Shown: piece by piece, positions 1 through 6,984 of the stretch
Layout of the letters: the number at the start of each line of letters is the position of its first letter
Numbering within the stretch: the stretch's first letter is position 1
Assembly: GCA_046497275.1 (NCBI GenBank)
Contig: JAWOFX010000088.1
Coordinates: forward strand, 60,001-92,000
Reading direction: 5' to 3'
Length of the DNA stretch: 32,000 nucleotides
Source of the DNA: Promethearchaeia archaeon
GTDB taxonomy: Archaea; Asgardarchaeota; Lokiarchaeia; Sigyniarchaeales; SOKP01
Notes under the pieces: generated by a model
What the model saw: the letters and a program-made list of their open reading frames with translations, nothing else
The model's database searches: none
What the model was told of the DNA's origin: nothing
Program-made: the position numbers and the translations under genes

Positions 1-1
1 C

Positions 2-241
2 ATTAATCCTAAAAGAGAAATAATTCAATCAAAAATCTTGAATTCGTTAGAAGAAAAATTAAAAGAACTTGACCAAAAAATAAGTGATTTAATAAAACTA
101 AGTGGATCTGATATCTTATGGGATCGCATTAAAGATATTAAAGTGATTCAAAATAGAAGTGAGAATTATACTCCTTGGGTATATGACATCACGGTTGAAC
201 CAAATCATACTTTTATCAGCCAAGGAGTTATTTTACACAAT
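2..241 (+). mobile_element. C-terminal part of an intein inserted in MCM
   Basis: Block F/G-like WDRIKDIKVI...WVYDITVEPNHTFISQGVILHN ends in His-Asn (236-241). It is followed by Thr, the +1 nucleophile, and the MCM motif TVSIAKAG. Confidence 0.92.
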
Positions 242-1075
242 ACGGTCAGTATAGCAAAGGCTGGGATTGTCGCCACACTCAGAGCGGAGACTGCCATTAT
301 TGCTGCAGCAAACCCTCATTCTGGAAGGTATGACCTCTATAAAACCCCAACTCAGAACATTAGATTGCCACCTTCTCTTCTATCGCGATTTGATCTGATA
401 TATGTGGTAATTGACAGACCAAATACGGTTGATGATGCTCAAATGGCTGAATTTATTCTAAAGAATGCTATGAGAGAACCACCCAATCCATCAGATGATG
501 AAGAGGGTACAGCAGTAATTCCCAGAGATCTATTAAAGAAATATATTAAATATGCTAAAAGAAATTGTCATCCATATCTAACTAAAGAAGCTAAAGAACA
601 TATTAAGGAATTTTATTTAAAATTAAGAGGTGATTACGATAGTGAGGATGCAATTGTATCAATTTTAGCTCGAAATCTCGATGCCTTGGTCAGATTGAGT
701 GAGGCTTATGCGAAAATGGCACTAAGGGAAGATGTTCTAAAAGAGGATGTTGATGCAGTTATTAAACTATTTGAAAGATATTTAACTGATACGGGATATG
801 ATAAGACAACCGGTAAAATAGATATGGATAGAATCTTTGTTGGGGAGTCTAGAAGTAAACTTAATAAATTAGATAAATTGCTCCAAAGAATGAAAGAAAT
901 TTTTGAAGAAAATAACTGGAAAATGCTTGATAAGAAAAATGTCATTCAAATCCTTGACTTAGAAGAGGGTTTAGACGAGGAATTTATTAAAAATGCTCTA
1001 ATAGAACTTGTGACTGAAGGAACATTATATGAACCACGTGTAGGATATATCCGGTTTACCAATAAAGAGCAGTAA
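2..1075 (+). CDS. mcm: MCM replicative helicase, 3' part (5'-truncated by the window edge), containing the C-terminal end of an intein
   Basis: Frame is open from base 2. Motifs: pre-sensor-1 hairpin TVSIAKAGIVATL, sensor-1 AAANP, arginine finger LLSRFD, sensor-2 ARNLDALVRLSEAYAK, and a C-terminal winged helix (LYEPRVGYIR). Confidence 0.95.
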   Translation: MNPKREIIQSKILNSLEEKLKELDQKISDLIKLSGSDILWDRIKDIKVIQNRSENYTPWVYDITVEPNHTFISQGVILHNTVSIAKAGIVATLRAETAIIAAANPHSGRYDLYKTPTQNIRLPPSLLSRFDLIYVVIDRPNTVDDAQMAEFILKNAMREPPNPSDDEEGTAVIPRDLLKKYIKYAKRNCHPYLTKEAKEHIKEFYLKLRGDYDSEDAIVSILARNLDALVRLSEAYAKMALREDVLKEDVDAVIKLFERYLTDTGYDKTTGKIDMDRIFVGESRSKLNKLDKLLQRMKEIFEENNWKMLDKKNVIQILDLEEGLDEEFIKNALIELVTEGTLYEPRVGYIRFTNKEQ

Positions 1076-1181
1076 TCAACTTTTTTAATATTTTCATTCA
1101 TTTTAATTATGTTTCATAATAAGAATTAATAAAAATTAATAATCCTTTTAACTCACAATAAAGTAAAATCAACTCATCATT

Positions 1182-1760
1182 ATGTCATTGGTTATTGAAA
1201 ATTTAAAAGAAGCTCTAATTGGCGAAACTAAGGCACAAAGAAAATATGATCTGTATGCTGAAAAAGCACTGGAGGAAAATCGTCCAGAAATTGCACATCT
1301 TTTTAAAGCGGTTTCCTTTGCTGAAAACATTCACATTAAAAACCATAAACGAGCTCTTTCTCTTCTTGTAGACTCGGATGCAAATGTCCAAGACTTTCTC
1401 CAGATAGATGAAGAAGAATTAAAAAATAAGATTGGAGATACTTTTTCCAATTTAGAGGACGCGATTGAGGGAGAACTCTATGAGACAAAAAAAATGTATA
1501 AAAAGTTTGAAAAAAATGCAAATTCTTTAGGGAAAGAAGTTGCAGAACTTTCTTTTTCCTTAGCTCGTGATGCTGAAAAAATACATGCTGATCATTTCTC
1601 TTCTTATCTAAAAAACCTTGAGAAAGGACGAGAAATCAAGAAAAGAAAAATATATGTATGTGAGATTTGCGGGAATGTAGAATTTGAAGAGCCTCCAGAA
1701 ACTTGCCCAGTTTGTGATCATTCAAAGAATTTCTATAAAGAAATAGATGCTCCTTTTTAA
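1182..1760 (+). CDS. rbr: Rubrerythrin (ferritin-like diiron domain plus C-terminal rubredoxin)
   Basis: GETKAQRKYDLYAEKA...AENIH and GELYE...AEKIH diiron motifs; C-terminal CEICG...CPVC. Confidence 0.92.
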   Translation: MSLVIENLKEALIGETKAQRKYDLYAEKALEENRPEIAHLFKAVSFAENIHIKNHKRALSLLVDSDANVQDFLQIDEEELKNKIGDTFSNLEDAIEGELYETKKMYKKFEKNANSLGKEVAELSFSLARDAEKIHADHFSSYLKNLEKGREIKKRKIYVCEICGNVEFEEPPETCPVCDHSKNFYKEIDAPF

Positions 1761-1937
1761 TATGATTTTATTAATTAAAAGAATAATATAAGGGCTGTTC
1801 ATATCTTTTGTTACTATTTTATTTATGTAAATTACTCAGTGAGTTAAGGATTTATAATAAAAATAGTAAAATAGAGTTGATCTCAACTATAATCCTTAAA
1901 ATAAAATATTATAAGAGAAAAAATTAGAAAAAAGAAT

Positions 1938-2636
1938 TTATACTCCAGAAGGCTCAAGCCATAAGCCTACGAAATAAGATATCACAAATGCTATGAACCC
2001 AACAAGAACCATCTCTAAACCACTTTTTATAAAACTTTCACCTGTTATTCTCGTTTTTAATCCACCAACAATAAATAACATTATAAAAGATATAATAGAC
2101 GATATTATTAGAGATACGAGTCCAATTGGAATAAAATAAGGAAATAATGTTATTAAAGAACCAAGAATAAAAGCCACAAAAGTTATCCCACCTCCGATCA
2201 AAGGGTTTTCAGGTTCCTCAAGACCTAGCTCACTTTTCGTTAAAAAATCAATCCAAGAATCTTTATCAGATGTTATAGTTTTTACACTTTCTTCTAAATT
2301 ATCTCCCTTTAAGCCCCATTTTCTTAGAATTTGTCTAACTTCTTCCTCTTCTTCTTTAGGAAATAGTTTGATCTCCGCCCTCTCTCTTTTTAATTCATTT
2401 CTAATATATTGTGCCTCGCTTTTTGATGATATATATTCCCCCAATCCCATACTAATAGCGCCAGAAACCAGAGCAGCCATCCCAGTCAAGATAACTATTT
2501 CATTTCCTTGCTTCAAAGTAGCGGCAGCAACACCAACTAATAGAGTAAACACCGAAATTAATCCATCATTAAAACCAAGAATGAAACTCCGAATCTTTCC
2601 CCCACCCGCGATATGTTCTTCTTGCCTTACTTCCAT
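1938..2636 (-). CDS. VIT1/CCC1-family Fe/Mn transporter
   Basis: IRSFILGFNDGLIS and GAISMGLGEYISSKSE motifs, acidic cytosolic loop (ELKRERAEIKLFPKEEEEE), and about 5 hydrophobic helices. Confidence 0.92.
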   Translation of the reverse strand: MEVRQEEHIAGGGKIRSFILGFNDGLISVFTLLVGVAAATLKQGNEIVILTGMAALVSGAISMGLGEYISSKSEAQYIRNELKRERAEIKLFPKEEEEEVRQILRKWGLKGDNLEESVKTITSDKDSWIDFLTKSELGLEEPENPLIGGGITFVAFILGSLITLFPYFIPIGLVSLIISSIISFIMLFIVGGLKTRITGESFIKSGLEMVLVGFIAFVISYFVGLWLEPSGV

Positions 2637-2817
2637 AAAATTTAACCTTTTAAAAATAATTATAATTAATACTCAAAATTTTTTTCTTTACATAAAAGTT
2701 TTGATTAAAAAAATAATAAATTTTGTCTCTTCTGATTAAATCAAAATCTCCCAAAATAATAAAACTATAAGATTATCAATTTTTAATATTATTAAAAATA
2801 CATTAAAATTGATAAAA

Positions 2818-3798
2818 ATGAAAGCTGCAGTTTTCCAAGATATAAAAAAGATTGAATATCGAGAAGACTATCCAACACCAAAGATAGGCGAGAATGACGC
2901 TTTAGTTAGGGTTCACTATTGTGGAATTTGTGGTTCTGATATTCACAATTTCTGCAATAAAATGTATCAAACTCCTCTGATAATGGGTCATGAGCTCTCT
3001 GGAATTATTGAAGAAGTAGGAGAAAATATTAAAGATTTCAGACCTGGAGATAAAGTGATAGGTATAAATGTTAAGCTTGATATTAGCTCAGGGGATTTGG
3101 GAGGTTTAGGAATATTTCAAAATGGAGGATTTGCTGAGTATATAAAAGTTCCAGAAAAGTATCTTTTTCATGTCCCAGAAAATGTTTCTTTAAAAGAAGC
3201 GGTAATGATTGAATCTTTTGCAAATATCACAAGGGCAATGAAACTTTCTCAAATAGGTAAAAATGAAAAAATAATGATAATCGGAGGGGGGAATATAGGA
3301 TTATGTTTCTTAGATGCTTTAATAGGAGATAAAGATCCTGCTTATGTAATTGTTATTGAACCTCAAGAGTTTCTAAGAAATAAAGCTATAGAATTTGGAG
3401 CTAAAAAATCTTTTCCTCCAAGTAAAACAAAAATAAAAAGATTTTTGAAGAAAAATGGTAATCCCACTTATATATTTGATTGTGTCGGAAATCAAGAAAC
3501 TATATTATTAGGAATTGATTTGATAGAACGCGGTGGTACGATATTATTAGAAGGAATTCATAAGGGAAAAATAGAAATACCCACATTTCTTATTAATAAC
3601 AAAGAAGTGGGAATAAAGGGCTGTCTGGGACATGATAGGGAGGATATTATCGCATCTCTAGAATTAATAAAAAACAAGAAAGTCCATCCAGATCAATTTA
3701 TCAATGCCACTACAACCTTGAAAAATCTTCAAGACGCATTTATGGAGCATTTAGAACCTACTAAAAGAAATTATATTAAAAAAGTAGTAGAAATTTAA
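2818..3798 (+). CDS. Zn-dependent medium-chain dehydrogenase/reductase (sorbitol/threonine dehydrogenase-like)
   Basis: GICGSDIH and MGHE catalytic-Zn motifs; GGGNIG nucleotide-binding loop. ATG 2818 (MKAAVF) is preferred over TTG 2809. Confidence 0.88.
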   Translation: MKAAVFQDIKKIEYREDYPTPKIGENDALVRVHYCGICGSDIHNFCNKMYQTPLIMGHELSGIIEEVGENIKDFRPGDKVIGINVKLDISSGDLGGLGIFQNGGFAEYIKVPEKYLFHVPENVSLKEAVMIESFANITRAMKLSQIGKNEKIMIIGGGNIGLCFLDALIGDKDPAYVIVIEPQEFLRNKAIEFGAKKSFPPSKTKIKRFLKKNGNPTYIFDCVGNQETILLGIDLIERGGTILLEGIHKGKIEIPTFLINNKEVGIKGCLGHDREDIIASLELIKNKKVHPDQFINATTTLKNLQDAFMEHLEPTKRNYIKKVVEI

Positions 3799-3808
3799 TC
3801 TCTTCTTT

Positions 3809-4336
3809 TTATTTTTTATTAATCGTAATAATTTCTTCAGAGAGTTTTTTGAAGGCTTCCTCAACATTCTCTCCCGTCTTTGCCGAAGTTATTATTTCGC
3901 CAATTGAATTAATTTCATTGCCTAATTTTTCTACTGTTTTTAAAGATACTTTTGACTCAAGATCATTCTTGTTCCCAATGAGGATAATTGGTATCTCTGA
4001 AAGATATTTTTTGATATCTTGAATCCAGAAATCCTTTATTTGTTCAAAAGTTTTTGGTCTTGTTAAATCTCCAACAACAATCGCCCCTTTACTCCCATAA
4101 TAATATTTTTCTCTCATTTTTGCCCATCGTTCTTGTCCAGCTATGTCCCATAAATTTAGAAAAACTTTTTGATTGTTTGCCAATAATATTTCCTTGGAAT
4201 AAATATTAGTACCAATAGTACTACGATAATCCTTATTAAATCTATTAGAAACGTACCTAATAACTAAACTTGTTTTCCCTACAGCGGGATCGCCGATAAT
4301 TATTACCTTTAAGTAATACTTCTCATCTGAATTCAT
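3809..4336 (-). CDS. Rab-like small GTPase
   Basis: G1 GDPAVGKT, G2 STIG, G3 WDIAGQE, G4 NKND, G5 SAK; 175 aa. Confidence 0.93.
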   Translation of the reverse strand: MNSDEKYYLKVIIIGDPAVGKTSLVIRYVSNRFNKDYRSTIGTNIYSKEILLANNQKVFLNLWDIAGQERWAKMREKYYYGSKGAIVVGDLTRPKTFEQIKDFWIQDIKKYLSEIPIILIGNKNDLESKVSLKTVEKLGNEINSIGEIITSAKTGENVEEAFKKLSEEIITINKK

Positions 4337-4467
4337 TTTTATTCCACTAAAAAAAAAGATAGATTAATTTTTCTAATAAATAAATAATTAGATATAAATA
4401 TAAAAATAATTAAAATCTAAATATCAAAAAAAATGACAAATATTATTCAAATAGAGGGATTTTAGAT

Positions 4468-5556
4468 ATGACAACAGGCGTGGTATATGGAGATATATAT
4501 CTCTCACACCGAATAGGAACCCATGTTGAATCCCATACACGATTAGTCGAATTGATGAATTTCTTGGAAGAAAAGGGTATCTTTGAAAATGATGATTTTT
4601 CGCTTATAAACCCTAGAAAAGCAACCTTAGATCAAATTGAATATATTCATACTGAAAACCTAATTGATCAAGTTCAAAAAATGAGCGAAAGAGCGGAAAA
4701 TACAGGAAATGTACAGAGTCTTGATATGGACACATTAGTATCCTCTAAAACCTATGAAGCTTCATTATATTCCGTTGGAGGTAATCTAGATGCTATAGAT
4801 AAGATACTTTCGGGTGAGATAAAAAATGCATTCGCTGCTGTGCGACCCCCAGGTCATCATTCGAACGCATATAAATGTGCGGGATTTTGTATCTTTAATA
4901 ATATTGGTATCGCAACAGAATATTTATTTCGAGAGAAAAATGTTAAACGAGTAGCAATTATTGATTGGGATTGCCATCACGGAAATGGCACACAAGATAT
5001 ATTCTATGATGGATCAGAGAACGGAGAAGTAGTCATGTTAAGCTCACATCAAGATGGAAGGACACTTTATCCTGGAAGCGGTTTTACAAACGAGATTGGG
5101 TCGGGAAAGGGAGAGGGTAAAATTATAAATTATCCTATGCCCCCTCGCGCTGCTGAAGATATTATTCTGCTCTTTTTTGATGAGATAATTGAACCTGTTT
5201 TAAATGAATTCAAACCGGAATTTATTTTAATTTCAGCGGGATTCGATATACATCATACCGATAGATTAACAAATATGGGTTGGACTTATCAAGGACCCGC
5301 TAACTATTTGAAAAAAATTAAGGAAATTGCTGAAAAATTCGCAAATGGAAGAATTTCGATTACCTTAGAAGGAGGGTATGAGGCAGATAAGCAAGCAAGA
5401 GCAATATACAATTGCCTGAGGGTGTTAAATAATGAATATGATAAAATCATTGAGGAAAAACCCAGGAAATCAGATAAAGATGTATTAAATTATGTGAATA
5501 AGAAATTAATTCCTGATATTAAGCAGAACTTATCTTCATATTGGGAGTGCTTTTAA
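4468..5556 (+). CDS. Histone deacetylase/AcuC/AphA-family Zn-dependent deacetylase
   Basis: RPPGHH, GFCIFNN, DWDCHHGNGTQDIFY, SAGFD and LEGGY motifs are all intact. Confidence 0.95.
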   Translation: MTTGVVYGDIYLSHRIGTHVESHTRLVELMNFLEEKGIFENDDFSLINPRKATLDQIEYIHTENLIDQVQKMSERAENTGNVQSLDMDTLVSSKTYEASLYSVGGNLDAIDKILSGEIKNAFAAVRPPGHHSNAYKCAGFCIFNNIGIATEYLFREKNVKRVAIIDWDCHHGNGTQDIFYDGSENGEVVMLSSHQDGRTLYPGSGFTNEIGSGKGEGKIINYPMPPRAAEDIILLFFDEIIEPVLNEFKPEFILISAGFDIHHTDRLTNMGWTYQGPANYLKKIKEIAEKFANGRISITLEGGYEADKQARAIYNCLRVLNNEYDKIIEEKPRKSDKDVLNYVNKKLIPDIKQNLSSYWECF

Positions 5557-5688
5557 TCTTATTCCTAATTTTTATTTTTCCTTACTATTTTATCAATATT
5601 TAAAATAATTTTATAAACATAAAACCCATATTTATAATATTGTAAATCTAGATAAGTAACTTATTAATCATCAATAAGAAGATATCTT

Positions 5689-6606
5689 ATGTCATATGAA
5701 AATGAAGGAAATGATGAAGAAGAAGAAAAAGAAATAAAAAGACCTTCTATTCCACCTCCAAAAATTCAAGCCCCAAAAATTAGACCTCCTCCAAGCCCCC
5801 CACCTAGAAGAACTCCTGAATCTGATATGACTCCATCGCAACCATCATCTGCACCACCCAAACCTCCATCATCAATACCCACTCAATCGGCTCCACAACC
5901 AGAACAATATTCTCCACCTCCACCTCAACCTCAACCTGAAATGACTCCTACTACATCTATCCCAAGTGAATCGCAATATAGTAATTTAGAAACACAATTA
6001 GAACAAAAAGACGTAAAAATTCAAGAATTGCAGAATCAAAATTCTAATTTAAATAGCTTACTACTGGAGAAAGATAATAATATTCAACAACTTAATAATA
6101 AAGTAAATTCTCTCCAAAATCAACTCCAAGAATATGAAACTCGTGTTAATCAACTTAATGAACAAAAATCTAGTTTAGAATCACAAATACCTCAATTACA
6201 AAGCAACATTCAACAATTAGAACAGGAAAATGCTAATCTTAAACAACAAATATCTCCTCTACAATCTAAAATAGAACAATTAACAGAGGAAATTAATTAT
6301 AAAAATAAAAGAATAGAGGAATTGAAAGAACCTAAGGCAGTTATGCCATCTAGTTTAGCGCAAGGGAAGACATCTCAAGGATCTGACGATTATTCCAGTT
6401 CTTCTTTAGGTATGGGAACATCCTCGTCCTCAAGTAGTGTATCTGGGACTTCATTTACAGACACTAAAAGAAGAGTCTGTCCAAATTGTGGTGCATCTGG
6501 AGCAGCTATTAAAGAGGTAGAAGATAAAAATAAGATAATTAGCTATATCCCAAAACCGACGTATGCCAAGAAGAATGTGTGCACGAAATGTGGGTTTGAG
6601 TTCTAA
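5689..6606 (+). CDS. Hypothetical protein: Pro-rich N-terminus, long coiled coil, Ser-rich linker, C-terminal C4 Zn ribbon
   Basis: Poly-Pro tracts at aa 19-92, heptad pattern at aa 100-212, CPNC...CTKC at the C-terminus. Confidence 0.8.
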   Translation: MSYENEGNDEEEEKEIKRPSIPPPKIQAPKIRPPPSPPPRRTPESDMTPSQPSSAPPKPPSSIPTQSAPQPEQYSPPPPQPQPEMTPTTSIPSESQYSNLETQLEQKDVKIQELQNQNSNLNSLLLEKDNNIQQLNNKVNSLQNQLQEYETRVNQLNEQKSSLESQIPQLQSNIQQLEQENANLKQQISPLQSKIEQLTEEINYKNKRIEELKEPKAVMPSSLAQGKTSQGSDDYSSSSLGMGTSSSSSSVSGTSFTDTKRRVCPNCGASGAAIKEVEDKNKIISYIPKPTYAKKNVCTKCGFEF

Positions 6607-6920
6607 GAATTTTAATTTTTTTCATTTCCCTATAACTTTTGCGATCAACTGCGGATTTGAATTTTAATAACGTACATTTCTTTTAATTCTTAAGAAAATG
6701 ACCTAAAATTAAATAGTTTAGATTAAAGATCGTTATTTTTTATATTTAATAAAAATTTAAAATTTAAATGTCTCAAGAAGATAATGGATTTTAATAAACA
6801 TATTTCCGTGAACTTTTAAATACTTATTAGGATTATTATAAAAGAAAATTCCATTCTTACGAGTTTTTTTAAAAGTTCTATTCTATTAGAAATTATCAGA
6901 AACTCTATTAAACTAGATAA

Positions 6921-6930
6921 TTATATATAT
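6921..6930 (+). promoter_or_regulatory. Candidate TATA box for the surface-protein/MoxR cluster
   Basis: TTATATATAT preceded by purine-rich AGATAA, about 55 bp upstream of ATG 6985. Weak evidence given the AT-rich background. Confidence 0.3.
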
Positions 6931-6984
6931 CATAATTTCAATTATAATTCTAAATTATTTAAGCTTAAAAATTAATTTTTCTTC

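Noticed and set aside
706-945. Short antisense or out-of-frame ORFs in the track (706-945, 1336-1521, 2368-2739, 7061-7477, 7904-8152, 9442-9624, 14257-14475, 16228-16452, 17564-17782, 18044-18328, 19570-19921, 20530-20745, 21234-21542, 24773-25048, 25328-25540, 25817-26026, 26433-27887, 28387-28590, 29017-29289, 29845-30042, 30473-30658)
   Set aside because: All overlap well-supported genes, have no recognisable motifs and show the biased composition of shadow ORFs.
1762-1800. ATGA-N11-AAAA after the rbr stop as a possible SECIS element
   Set aside because: No complementary helix II, and no in-frame TGA is needed in any gene of the window.
1832-1847. CAGTGA loop downstream of rubrerythrin resembling a eukaryotic iron-responsive element
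   Set aside because: No bulged C, and a mismatch in the 5-bp upper stem, so it is not a canonical IRE. Kept only as part of the weak intergenic-structure finding.
5652-5688. Palindromes ATAAGT-A-ACTTAT and AAGATATCTT before the Pro-rich gene
   Set aside because: Short and expected by chance in about 80% AT intergenic DNA.
6810-6878. 11-bp inverted repeat GAACTTTTAAA/TTTAAAAGTTC with a 47-nt spacer
   Set aside because: About one such pair is expected by chance in a 378-bp AT-rich region; no transposase or target duplication is evident.
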